The translations under genes were made by a program, and so were the position numbers. A DNA stretch of 64,000 bases from an uncultured Desulfosarcina sp. (lineage in GTDB: Bacteria > Desulfobacterota > Desulfobacteria > Desulfobacterales > Desulfosarcinaceae), in contig CAXXWQ010000003.1 of assembly GCA_963674945.2 (NCBI GenBank), positions 1,376,001 through 1,440,000 of the forward strand, in the 5' to 3' direction. The first letter of the stretch is position 1, and each line of letters begins with the position of its first letter. Of this stretch, positions 20,453-29,930 are shown piece after piece. The notes under the pieces are model-generated. The model had not been told where the DNA came from. It worked only from the letters and a program-made list of their open reading frames with translations, and made no database searches.

Positions 20453-20568
20453 GAGCGATTGTCGAGTTTGCCGCAACTGCAAGGAAGATGGCTTTCCGCT
20501 ATAGTCGCCTATACGGAAAGGTATCTGACACCGTAGATGCTGTAAACCCGGCAATTCCGGAGGGTCTC
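20453..20568. mobile_element. MITE/REP-like element (degenerate)
   Basis: Imperfect terminal IRs (GAG...TTGCCG / CGGCAA...CTC), CAAGG motif, central hairpin CTTTCCGCTATAG-TCGC-CTATACGGAAAG. Confidence 0.5.
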
Positions 20569-20649
20569 ATCTCTTGAAGGTCTGAATCGATCGTGAACTT
20601 ATAAAAAACATCCCAATTCAACCCTAATGAAAAAAATGAAACGCTCAAT

Positions 20650-21102
20650 TTAGGATTGTGTCTCCTGTAATAATTCGCGAGGCGACTTCATGATTTTCCG
20701 CATGCGGGCGACACGTATTTTCTCCTCGATATCCACCCTCCGGTCAAAAGCATCCGAAGCCTTGGCAATGATGTCTTCAAGGTCCGCCGGTTTCATCAGA
20801 TAATCGACTGCACCGGATTTAAGGCCTTCGATGGCCGACTCGACCGTAGCATGACCGGTGAGCATGATTACCTCCACCATGGGAAAGTGCGTTTTGATTT
20901 CTTTTAACGTGGTGACACCGTCCATTCCCGGCATTTTTACGTCCAGGATCACCACATGGATTCGATTCGCCCGTAAGAGCTCAAGAGCCTCGGAACCACT
21001 GGATGCCGTCAAAACATCGATGTTTTTTCTCTCGAGGAGCTTTTTGGTAGTGGAGAGAAACCGCTCTTCATCATCCACCAGCATCATTTTCATTTTTTCC
21101 AT
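20650..21102 (-). CDS. Single-domain response regulator
   Basis: Receiver motifs; start MEKMK after AGGAG. Confidence 0.92.
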   Translation of the reverse strand: MEKMKMMLVDDEERFLSTTKKLLERKNIDVLTASSGSEALELLRANRIHVVILDVKMPGMDGVTTLKEIKTHFPMVEVIMLTGHATVESAIEGLKSGAVDYLMKPADLEDIIAKASDAFDRRVDIEEKIRVARMRKIMKSPRELLQETQS

Positions 21103-21205
21103 TTTTTTCTCCTGTTGTGATGATCGATTGATATTCAAATTCTGGACGGACACTTCATCCCCAAAGGTGAGCGGTTAGCCTTCAGCAAACGGCGAATCGC
21201 TCAAT

Positions 21206-22888
21206 TTATGAAACCGGAAGCACGATGGTAAAGGTCGTGCCTTTGTCCACAATGCTCTCCACTTCCATTTTTCCATTCATTTGTTGAATAATGCCGTAAC
21301 AAACGGAAAGCCCAAGGCCTGTACCTTTTCCCACCGGTTTGGTAGTAAAAAACGGAGAAAATATTTTTTCCATGTTCTCCGGTGCGACACCGCTGCCATC
21401 ATCACTGATCCTTATCGTTGCATCGCCGTTATCCCCTGCAGAAAGATCTACTGTTATGGTTCCACCGCCGCTGCCACGCTGTTCAGTAATGGCATCCATC
21501 GCATTGTTGAGCAGATTCAAGACCACCTGCTGGAGTTTTGACGCATCCGCGGAAATCCGGATGGGAATATCGGGCATTGCTTTATGGATTGTTATACCGT
21601 CAACCTCGGCTTTTTTCTCTATCATTGAAACGAATTCCGGGATGACTTTTGACAAATCCAGATATTCGGGTTTGGATTCGTCCTGTCGGCCGAATTTCAA
21701 AATAGCTGCCGTAATTTTTGAGCAGCGCCCGATTTGGGTCTTGATCTGATCCATGCTGTCAATTACCTGGGCATAGGAATCGCAATTTTTAAGTTCTCCC
21801 GACTCGACCATTTCCTCTTGCAGCGTTTTTATAAGGGACAACTCAGTGGTAATGATCTGCAACGGATTGTTGATCTCGTGGGCAAAACCTGCGGACATCT
21901 CGCCTAACTCCGCCAATCGGGAAGCCCCGATAAGCTGCTGGTTCAAGAGCGCCTTTTCTGAATCGGTACGCTCCATTTTTCTCACAATCGCCCCAGTCAG
22001 GCCAAAAGCAATGGCAATGATGCATGCGATTCCAATCAGACTGATTGATAGAATGGGCATCCGCGCCGACCGCAGGGCAGAAAACGCGTCTGACTCTTCC
22101 TGCCGTACGACAAGCAGCCAGTTTCCGTTCTTGATCCAAGTGGTCGCATACAGAAAGTGTTCTCCATCTGAATTTTGGTGAATAAAGGTATGAATCAGGT
22201 CGTCGTCGGGTGGGAGCGGCAATACCTCACCGGCCGTGTCCATCAAGTTGCCGCCACTGCGCCGATCCGTTTGCAGTATGCCTTGCCTGTTGACCAGGTA
22301 GGCTTCACCGGTCTTGCCAATGCGGATTTGACGCACCAGATGATTGAACCGTAGGGAGTCCACCGTTGCCCTGATGACCCAGGTCCTGCTTTCTTCCTTC
22401 TTGGCAACTGCGATGATGAAATGAGGAATATTGCGGTAACCTAAGAAGACGTCGCTGATGAAAACACCGTCCTTCACGGTTTGTTTGAACCAGTGTTCAT
22501 CCCGATACACTTTTCCCGACAGGTCGTAAGGTCCATGATATGCTTTGTGGACTCCCTGGTCATCAAAAACACCCAAGTCGATATATGCGCTCGATGTCAG
22601 TTGCAGCTGCTGAAACACTGATGACAGGATGCGCGGCGTTACCAGTTCGGAAAGGGCAACGGTGTTGAAAACCAGTTCAAGATCGTGGGTACGCTCTTTC
22701 AAAAACGATTCGATCATTTGTCTGTGATCTGCAGATATTCGCTTCATGTCGGATATCGTCATATTTTCGATGGACCGTGAGAAAGAAAGGTTTCCAATCC
22801 ATAAAACCAAAGAAAACGGGATCAATGTGGCAGCGATAATGCTTAAAAGAACGAATTGCCTGACTTTTCTATAAGGGGATGATTCCAT
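21206..22888 (-). CDS. Sensor histidine kinase with Cache domain
   Basis: FAHEINNP H-box and HATPase boxes; third paralog. Confidence 0.93.
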   Translation of the reverse strand: MESSPYRKVRQFVLLSIIAATLIPFSLVLWIGNLSFSRSIENMTISDMKRISADHRQMIESFLKERTHDLELVFNTVALSELVTPRILSSVFQQLQLTSSAYIDLGVFDDQGVHKAYHGPYDLSGKVYRDEHWFKQTVKDGVFISDVFLGYRNIPHFIIAVAKKEESRTWVIRATVDSLRFNHLVRQIRIGKTGEAYLVNRQGILQTDRRSGGNLMDTAGEVLPLPPDDDLIHTFIHQNSDGEHFLYATTWIKNGNWLLVVRQEESDAFSALRSARMPILSISLIGIACIIAIAFGLTGAIVRKMERTDSEKALLNQQLIGASRLAELGEMSAGFAHEINNPLQIITTELSLIKTLQEEMVESGELKNCDSYAQVIDSMDQIKTQIGRCSKITAAILKFGRQDESKPEYLDLSKVIPEFVSMIEKKAEVDGITIHKAMPDIPIRISADASKLQQVVLNLLNNAMDAITEQRGSGGGTITVDLSAGDNGDATIRISDDGSGVAPENMEKIFSPFFTTKPVGKGTGLGLSVCYGIIQQMNGKMEVESIVDKGTTFTIVLPVS

Positions 22889-22898
22889 TATAAAGTGC

Positions 22899-23273
22899 TC
22901 ACTTATTATCTACGAGAATATCATGAACTGCTTTTATGAGAAGTTCGATACTATTGCCGTCCTTCTCAATGCGCACCATTTCCATTTCGTTTAATGTGGA
23001 TGGATTTTCCGCGCCTCGGACGCAATATAGAATCACAGGCAGTTGGGGTGCCCGATTTGCCAGTTTTTCGTACAGATCAATATTGTCAACACCAGGGAGG
23101 TCAGGGTCCAGCACTATCAGATGAATCGGCAGTGGGCAACCGATGGTTTTGAGCAATTTTTCAGCAGTATCCGCCAAGCAGACTCTTATTCCCAATGCCG
23201 CCAATTCACGCTTTAAAAATTTTCGGACATTTGGATTTCGGTCGGCAACTACGATTTGGATTGTGTTTTCCAT
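22899..23273 (-). CDS. Divergent single-domain response regulator
   Basis: VVADRN...LDPDLP...PVILY...IEK receiver-like fold with atypical acidic pocket. Confidence 0.75.
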   Translation of the reverse strand: MENTIQIVVADRNPNVRKFLKRELAALGIRVCLADTAEKLLKTIGCPLPIHLIVLDPDLPGVDNIDLYEKLANRAPQLPVILYCVRGAENPSTLNEMEMVRIEKDGNSIELLIKAVHDILVDNK

Positions 23274-25978
23274 GGCATTTTTGCCGAAATGGGTAAAGGG
23301 ATATCTATCTTTGACAAATTCAGGGTTAGCTCGAACTCGCCAGGTGCTTCTCCCCGTTTGCTTGTGAACCCCAACTTCTCTCCCAGGGCCCTCATCCCCC
23401 TGTTATCAGCCAACACCGTCCCCCAGATGATACCGAACTGCCGTTCTTTTGCAATGGCGAGGCAGGTTGCCAAAAGGTGTGCACCGATGCCCTTGCCTTG
23501 CCATGGATCGCCCACCAAAACGGCAAATTCGGCGTCTTTCAGGTTGGGCTGCAAAATGATCCGCGCGGCTCCCAGCATCTTTTCCGATGATCCTGACTCT
23601 GAAATGGCAACGAGTGCGATCTCACGGTCATAATCGATCTGCGTGAATCGAGCCAGCATGTTTTGAGACAGTTTCTTCATGGGAGAAAAAAAACGGTAGT
23701 AAATACTTTGCGGAGACAATACCTCAAACAGTTCCTCCAACAGCGGGGCGTCTTCCGGCCGTATGGGGCGTATGAACAGATCACCCACTTCCGGCAGGTT
23801 CACCCTACATTCATATTCCGTCGGGTAGGGACTCACGGCCAGATGCAAGGGGGCCTTGCAAGAGGTCGGTCTCACCACCATTCGGGCGTCTACGGCAACA
23901 GGAAGACCATTTTGAATCACCAACGGGTTGATGTCCAGTTCGGTAATCTGCGGGAAATCCGTTACGAGCTGTGCCAAACGGATCAGTACAGTTTCCAGTT
24001 CCTCCCGGTTTGCGGCAGGAATATTGCGAAAACCTTTGAGCAGCCGATCCACGCGGGTGCTTTCCATGAGACGGGATGCCAGCAGGCGGTTTAAGGGAGG
24101 CAAGGCGATGGCACGATCCTCTAAGAGTTCGGCAAGAATACCTCCCATACCGAACAGGATCACCGGACCGAAATCCGGATCCTGTTTGGCGCCGACAATA
24201 AGCTCACAGGTTGTATGATCAACCATCGCCTGAATGGTGACACCTTCGATGTGCGCTTCTGGAAATGATGCGTGGGCATTGTCCAGTATTTTTTGAAAGC
24301 CCTCTTCCACTGCCTCCGGTGTACGAAGATTGAGCAGAACGCCTCCGGCGTCACTTTTATGAACAATATCGGGAGACAGTATCTTCATCACAACCGGGTA
24401 GCCCATTTTCTCGCTAATGGACCTCGCATCCTTTCCGGTAGCCGCAGCTTCGGTCGGATTCACTGGGATGCCATAGGTTTCCATGACCGCTTTGGCCTGG
24501 AATTCGGAAAGAAGGCCGCCAGGGGCCGTTAGTCCTGTCTCGATCAGGTGACCGGCCTTTTCACGATCCACCTTGATCCGTGAAGAGAGCCGCGGCGGAA
24601 TTTGCTGAAGCATTTCGATTCCGCGGGAATGCCGATGAAGATTCATGAATGCACGAATGGCACGTTCCGGTGTATCGAAGGTTGGCAGACCGGCCCGATT
24701 CAAAATTTCCCGGCCCGGATCAACATCGATACCTCCCATCCAGCAGGTAAGAAGAGGAGTGGTGGCTTGATCGAAAGTGTCCACGATCATCTCAGCGACC
24801 GCGCTTGCATCTGTCATTGCCTGCGGCGCCAGCATCACCAAAAGTGCATCAACTTCCCTGGCCTGCGACAGAAGCGAGATGGCGGTACTGTAACGCTGGG
24901 GTGTGGCATCGCCGATAATATCCACAGGGTTCCCATGACTCCAGTGTTCGGGCAGCACATTGCTTAGCGCCTGCACTGTATCGGGTGATAAGGTCACCGG
25001 TTTCATGCCGTAATCTGCCAATGCATCGGCAGCCATAACGCCGGGGCCGCCGGAATTTGTCACAACGGCCAAATTCGGTCCCTTGTAGCGGCCCTTGCGA
25101 GAAAGAATCTCGGCCGTATCGAAGAGTTCTTCAAAGGTTTTGACGCGGACGATGCCGGCACGTTGAAAAGCCGCATCGTAAACGGCATCCTCGCCGGCCA
25201 TGGCACCTGTATGGGATGCTGCGGCCGTTGCACCGGCCTTTGTCCTTCCCGCCTTCAAAGCGATGATAGGTTTAATCCGGCTCACTGCCCTGGCCGCACT
25301 CATGAAGTTGCGATGACGGGTAAGACTTTCCACATACATGATAATGCTTTTAACCGAAGCGTCGGCACCAAGGTAGTCGATGATGTCTCCAAAATCCACG
25401 TCCAGCATGGACCCCAAACTGATGAAATGGCTGAACCCGATATTCTCTTTGATGGAAAAATCGAGAATCGCCGTGCAAATGGCTCCACTTTGTGAAATAA
25501 ATGCCAACTTCCCGTTCAGCGGCATTCGTGCGGCAAAACTTGCATTCAGGCAGGACGAAGCGCACATGATGCCCAGGCAATTGGGACCGATAATTCTCAT
25601 CTGGCTGCTCACGGCGGCATTTTTGATTTCCTCTTCCACCTGGCGGCCGGCCGCTCCGATTTCCTTACCACCGGCAGAGATAATCACGGCGCCGGAAATG
25701 CCGATGCGCGCGCAAGCGGCAATCATTTCCGGAACCGTCTTCATGGGCGTGGCGATAATAGCCAGATCTACCGGTTCTTGGATATCATCCAATCTTGCGA
25801 CGGCGTCGTATCCCATGATCGATGCGTGCCGATTGTTTACCGGGTAAATGGGACCGGAGAATCCGGCCTCTGTAAGGTTACGCATCACCGCCCGTCCGAT
25901 CGAACCCGTGCGATCGGAGGCACCGACTACGGCAATGGATGCAGGATGAAACAGCCTGTCGATTTGCTCAATATTCAT
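23249..25978 (-). CDS. pat: Acyl-CoA ligase (NDP-forming)-like/GNAT fusion, Pat/PatZ-type protein lysine acetyltransferase
   Basis: CoA-binding SIAVVGAS, GPNCLG, SQSG, SHTGA, NSGGPG, HKSDAGGV and a C-terminal GNAT (EFAVLV...QGKGIG). Confidence 0.88.
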   Translation of the reverse strand: MNIEQIDRLFHPASIAVVGASDRTGSIGRAVMRNLTEAGFSGPIYPVNNRHASIMGYDAVARLDDIQEPVDLAIIATPMKTVPEMIAACARIGISGAVIISAGGKEIGAAGRQVEEEIKNAAVSSQMRIIGPNCLGIMCASSCLNASFAARMPLNGKLAFISQSGAICTAILDFSIKENIGFSHFISLGSMLDVDFGDIIDYLGADASVKSIIMYVESLTRHRNFMSAARAVSRIKPIIALKAGRTKAGATAAASHTGAMAGEDAVYDAAFQRAGIVRVKTFEELFDTAEILSRKGRYKGPNLAVVTNSGGPGVMAADALADYGMKPVTLSPDTVQALSNVLPEHWSHGNPVDIIGDATPQRYSTAISLLSQAREVDALLVMLAPQAMTDASAVAEMIVDTFDQATTPLLTCWMGGIDVDPGREILNRAGLPTFDTPERAIRAFMNLHRHSRGIEMLQQIPPRLSSRIKVDREKAGHLIETGLTAPGGLLSEFQAKAVMETYGIPVNPTEAAATGKDARSISEKMGYPVVMKILSPDIVHKSDAGGVLLNLRTPEAVEEGFQKILDNAHASFPEAHIEGVTIQAMVDHTTCELIVGAKQDPDFGPVILFGMGGILAELLEDRAIALPPLNRLLASRLMESTRVDRLLKGFRNIPAANREELETVLIRLAQLVTDFPQITELDINPLVIQNGLPVAVDARMVVRPTSCKAPLHLAVSPYPTEYECRVNLPEVGDLFIRPIRPEDAPLLEELFEVLSPQSIYYRFFSPMKKLSQNMLARFTQIDYDREIALVAISESGSSEKMLGAARIILQPNLKDAEFAVLVGDPWQGKGIGAHLLATCLAIAKERQFGIIWGTVLADNRGMRALGEKLGFTSKRGEAPGEFELTLNLSKIDIPLPISAKMPWKTQSKS

Positions 25979-25999
25979 GATCGATCCAATGTCTTGCTT

Positions 26000-26033
26000 T
26001 TTCGGTTCTCAGTTCTCGGTTCCCGGTTCATTG
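26000..26033. repeat. Short tandem heptamer repeat
   Basis: TTTTCGG TTCTCAG TTCTCGG TTCCCGG TTCATTG. Confidence 0.55.
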
Positions 26034-26048
26034 TTTTTCTCTATGATG

Positions 26049-26193
26049 GTGCCTGTCCAGAAATGGTAGATCATGGATCAGGCCAAGGCCGCAGCGATGT
26101 TGAAACCGGAGGCGTAGCAGCGTGCTACGTTGAGGATTTCGACGGAGCGAGAACGCCGGCATGGGCCATGAGATGCCGTTTCTGGATGCACAC
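26049..26193. mobile_element. MITE-like element
   Basis: Terminal IRs GTGCCTGTCCAGAAATGG / CCGTTTCTGGATGCACAC; internal CAAGG and GAGGCGTAGCAGCGTGCTACG, as in the 30698 element. Confidence 0.6.
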
Positions 26194-26197
26194 GAAC

Positions 26198-27109
26198 TTA
26201 GGTGATGATCCAAACCGTATCCTTCCGTCCTGCATATACAACCTTGTTACTGACACTCCCGATAAAGTATCCCTTGATGCGAGACAAGCCACGCCGTCCT
26301 AATACGATCGTTCCCCACGCCCCTTTTTCCGCTTCTTTTACGATGGCTCCCGCGCGGCTCCGCGCACCGGTAACGGTTTTAAAGGAAATCGCCTCCTCTT
26401 CGAATCCACCGCCAATCAAAAGTTTCGCCGCTTTTTTCAAGATTGTCGCTGCGTCCTCGATGCTGGTCTTTTTGAACTCGGCAATTTTGGCCAAACCACT
26501 TCCCCGTACCGCATGGAACAGGCATATCTGGTAACCGTTTAACGGTCCGAGCGTATCCGCCACGAAGTGCAACGCCCGAGTCGCGCAGGGAGATCCGTCC
26601 ACCGCCACCAGCACCCTTTTGTTGACGGGTTTTCTACCGGCAATGAGAACCGGCATAAACGCCAGTTTCTCCAATAGTTTGGCACTGACACTTCCCAGAA
26701 CGACATTCGTCAATGCCGTCGTTCCCCGGCGACGAATCAGCACGGCATCATAGCCATTCTTCGCTTCTGCAATGATGTCCCGGGCGATTCCAATTTTTCG
26801 ATCTTGAATCTTTATCTCCACCGCGCGTTCGTCATGCCCGGATGCCACCAACAGCTGTTTGGCCTCCTCCATGCATCTTTGCGCTTCCTTTTTCTGACTT
26901 GCTTCCCAACTGCGCACATGGCCGACGACTTTAACACTCTTCGGTTCTTTTTCCAGGTCGTAATAGGCGACGGGAATTTTGTTGAATACATGGAACAAGA
27001 CAATTTTCATTCCCTTGAAAGCTTCTTCCTCTCCTGCGTATTTGGCGGTTTGCAATGCTCGCTTGGAACAGTCCACGGCCACCAGTAAACGTTTTCTCTT
27101 GTGTACCAT
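26198..27109 (-). CDS. Tandem-domain universal stress protein
   Basis: Two USP domains (VAVDCS...GSVSAKL; VAVDGS...GRRG...GSVSNKV). Confidence 0.92.
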   Translation of the reverse strand: MVHKRKRLLVAVDCSKRALQTAKYAGEEEAFKGMKIVLFHVFNKIPVAYYDLEKEPKSVKVVGHVRSWEASQKKEAQRCMEEAKQLLVASGHDERAVEIKIQDRKIGIARDIIAEAKNGYDAVLIRRRGTTALTNVVLGSVSAKLLEKLAFMPVLIAGRKPVNKRVLVAVDGSPCATRALHFVADTLGPLNGYQICLFHAVRGSGLAKIAEFKKTSIEDAATILKKAAKLLIGGGFEEEAISFKTVTGARSRAGAIVKEAEKGAWGTIVLGRRGLSRIKGYFIGSVSNKVVYAGRKDTVWIIT

Positions 27110-27127
27110 TATTCAGTCCTCCTGATT

Positions 27128-27811
27128 TCAATGAAAAATAATGCGTCTATTCTCTTTGTGATCCACCAGGTAACGTAGCTTGGCCTTGTCCTTGAGGACC
27201 GAAACGAGATCATCCAGATGATCTCTGGGGACATTGGTAAAACGAAGATAGACATTCCGGTAGCCCGTCGGCGCACGGTCGTACGTAGAGAGTATACTCA
27301 CCATGCGGCCGCCGAACTTGCGGATGACACTTACAACCTCCATTATGGATCCGGGCGTATCTTCCAGCACGAAACCCACGTGAACCCCCTTTTGTTTCAA
27401 TCCTGTAATGTAAAGGGCGGCTTTGAACAGATCCGTTTGCGTGAAGATCCCGCACATAACATCGTCGTCGCCCACTACAGGCAAACCGGATATTTTATGG
27501 CTTAGCATGAGATCGGCGGCCTCCTCGATGGTCCAATCCGGGTGGGCCGTGATTGCTTTGGTTGTCATGATGTCGGCCACCTTGATTTTCGATATGAGAT
27601 ACAAAAGCTCGTGAATCTCCAAGGTGGTCGCATCCGACGCCGAAGCGTGCTTTAAGTCCCGATCGCTGATGATTCCAACCAGTTTCCCTTTTGCATTCAG
27701 CACCGGAAGCTGTCTGATGCGTTTTTCTTTCATCATGGAAATGGCTTGTTGCATGGAGTCTTTTGGGCCGATGTGAATTACCGGGTGGCTCATCCAATAT
27801 CTGACTAGCAT
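27128..27811 (-). CDS. CBS pair + ACT domain protein (AcuB-like)
   Basis: Two CBS domains with SDATTLEIHEL, then ACT motif EDTPGSI. Confidence 0.88.
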   Translation of the reverse strand: MLVRYWMSHPVIHIGPKDSMQQAISMMKEKRIRQLPVLNAKGKLVGIISDRDLKHASASDATTLEIHELLYLISKIKVADIMTTKAITAHPDWTIEEAADLMLSHKISGLPVVGDDDVMCGIFTQTDLFKAALYITGLKQKGVHVGFVLEDTPGSIMEVVSVIRKFGGRMVSILSTYDRAPTGYRNVYLRFTNVPRDHLDDLVSVLKDKAKLRYLVDHKENRRIIFH

Positions 27812-27881
27812 GGTTGTTCTCCTTTTTTATTGACCGGTGATGGAAGCAAACCGGATCAATCCGTTTACCGACCTCAATGCC

Positions 27882-28352
27882 TCAAGGCAGTTTATCGAAA
27901 CCCGCCGGTATGCTCAGCAACGGTATGGGGCAGCGTCGATACAGTTGCCGGGCGGTTGATCCCACGATCACGTCGGCCAGGTTGCTTCTCCCCTTGGTGC
28001 CCACAACCACAAACTGGGGCTTTTCATTTTCAATCGTCTGCAGTATTTCTCGGAACGGGATGCCGCTTACCACGATGCATCGACAGTTGACGCCATCGGG
28101 ACAATTGGCCTTGACCAGATCGTTCATTTGTGTCTCACGGGTGATTTCCTGGTCTGTCATATAGTCGGGAAAAGAAAAGCTTTCATAGCCGAGCATTGTC
28201 CGATGGATCATGTCGATGTCCCGTTGATTGATTACATTGATCATGACCACATCTGCATCCATTTTCGTGGCCAATAGCCCGGTGTAACGCACGACCGCCG
28301 CTGAGTATTCGGAAAGATCCACTGCCGCCAAAATTTTCATTTTCTTCGTCAT
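27882..28352 (-). CDS. Universal stress protein
   Basis: ILAAVDLS...GIP...VGTKGR...GST USP motifs; start MTKKM after GAGGAG. Confidence 0.9.
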   Translation of the reverse strand: MTKKMKILAAVDLSEYSAAVVRYTGLLATKMDADVVMINVINQRDIDMIHRTMLGYESFSFPDYMTDQEITRETQMNDLVKANCPDGVNCRCIVVSGIPFREILQTIENEKPQFVVVGTKGRSNLADVIVGSTARQLYRRCPIPLLSIPAGFDKLP

Positions 28353-28406
28353 CTTTATCTCCTCTTGTTCATACAAAGGATTCTTCGTTCTTTGAAAAGT
28401 AGTCTG

Positions 28407-28423
28407 AGCAACGGCCATGCCAA
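28407..28423 (-). promoter_or_regulatory. sigma54 promoter of the USP-AcuB-Pat-HK-DASS operon
   Basis: TTGGCATGGCCGTTGCT, GG-N10-GC. Confidence 0.82.
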
Positions 28424-28507
28424 ATCCAAGCCTAATGATATTGGTATTATATTACAGATTGTTATGATATTGTTACCGATACAGGCGAGCTATGGTGTGA
28501 AGATGAA

Positions 28508-28552
28508 TGTCAGCTTTTTTTGCAGGATGTAAAGGTGTCAGAATTCATGGCA
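28508..28552. promoter_or_regulatory. Putative UAS
   Basis: TGTCAGCTTTTTTTGCA-GGA-TGTAAAGG and TGTCAGAATTCATGGCA. Confidence 0.65.
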
Positions 28553-28635
28553 TTGGGAAAGTTCCCGGGGTGATCGCATGTAGATTTGATACAGGGTATG
28601 GGCTTGTCCTGCTGAACACGGGAAAGGCAGGTGGA

Positions 28636-28742
28636 CGTGCCTATCGTGCGCTAACGTGCCTTAAGTTAATGTATCCTGCCTTTTTAAGGGCGGAGTGAAA
28701 CGACTCCTGAGCTTTAGGCACTTTAGTCCACTGTAGGCACTT
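28636..28742. repeat. Inverted array of ~10-nt repeats (REP-like)
   Basis: CGTGCCTAT/CGTGCGCTAA/CGTGCCTTAA versus TTTAGGCAC/TTTAGTCCAC/TGTAGGCAC. Confidence 0.55.
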
Positions 28743-29009
28743 CCATTGACTATATCATCGCAACTTGCGATTCCCCTGGAAAAACTCCCCGCCCCCCTTG
28801 CAAACCTTCGCTATTTTTCATAAACAGCCTTTGCACGACGGTGTTTTCGTGATCTCATGAAAACGCTGTCGCTTCGCACCCTGTTTGGAACAAATGAAAG
28901 GGGAACCCAATGGGATCAATAAAACCTCGCTGTGATACATACGACAGTCCGCTGAAATCAAAACGCACATGCCGGCGGAACCGACCCGCCATGACCGTTA
29001 CCGTCACCT

Positions 29010-29930
29010 ATGATCATACTCGATAACCTGTTTCCGGTGTTTGCGCTCATCGGTCTGGGCGCCCTGCTCAAACGGCTGAATTTCACCAGCGACCGTTTTC
29101 TCCAATCATCGGATCGAATCGTCTACTATATTTTCTTTCCGGTCATGCTTTTTTGGAAAATCGGCAGCGCCTCTCCGTCGGACAGTGACGCCTCCGACTT
29201 GGTCCTCGCCGCCATCCTTTCCGTTGCGGCCGTCTACGTCATAGGTGCCATCTGCAAGAAGCTATTCAAGGTGTCCGATTTTGCCGCCGGATCTTTTTCT
29301 CAAACCTGCTACCGTTTTAACACCTATGTGGGAGTGGCCGTCATCATGAATGCCATCGGTGAGGCGGGCGTCGCGCGTTTCGGCATTCTCATCGGGTTCA
29401 TTATCCCCTTCATCAATGTTCTGGCGGTCTCCACCCTGATCTGGTACACCGGCCAAACGATAGCGACCCGCAAACGCATTTTACTGATGCTCCGGTCCCT
29501 GATTTCCAACCCGCTGATCATCGGTTGTCTGGCAGGAATGGCCTATTCGCACCTGTTCGAAGGATTCCCTGTTTTCCTCGACAACACCCTCCGCCTGGCC
29601 GCCATGGTGGCCTTGCCCCTTGCTCTGCTCTCCATCGGCGGGACCCTTTCCGTAAAAAATTTCGGCGTTCATATGAAAGGGGCCTTGCTGGGATCGACCA
29701 TCAAGCTTGTGGTCTTGCCGGCAGTCGGATGGTATTTCTTGAAGATGTTCGACGCGTCCCCCATGTCCATGCGTGTGGGCATGTTGTTTTTCGCCCTGCC
29801 CACTTCATCGGCCATCGTCGTACTCTCCTCACAGCTGAACAGCGACACGGAGTTTGCCGCCACGGCCATCGTCATATCCACGATCTTGTCGTTTTTTTCC
29901 ATGAGCGCCGTTTTACTGATTATTTTATGA
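29010..29930 (+). CDS. AEC (auxin efflux carrier) family transporter
   Basis: FFPVMLF, RFNTYVG, NPLII and ALPT motifs, about 10 TMs. Confidence 0.9.
   Translation: MIILDNLFPVFALIGLGALLKRLNFTSDRFLQSSDRIVYYIFFPVMLFWKIGSASPSDSDASDLVLAAILSVAAVYVIGAICKKLFKVSDFAAGSFSQTCYRFNTYVGVAVIMNAIGEAGVARFGILIGFIIPFINVLAVSTLIWYTGQTIATRKRILLMLRSLISNPLIIGCLAGMAYSHLFEGFPVFLDNTLRLAAMVALPLALLSIGGTLSVKNFGVHMKGALLGSTIKLVVLPAVGWYFLKMFDASPMSMRVGMLFFALPTSSAIVVLSSQLNSDTEFAATAIVISTILSFFSMSAVLLIIL

Noticed and set aside
20453..20568. Possible c-di-GMP or other riboswitch upstream of DASS
   Set aside because: Riboswitch consensus not found; the layout matches the repeat family instead
26028..26213. 61-aa ORF between USP and pat
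   Set aside because: Coincides with the MITE-like element and has no protein motif
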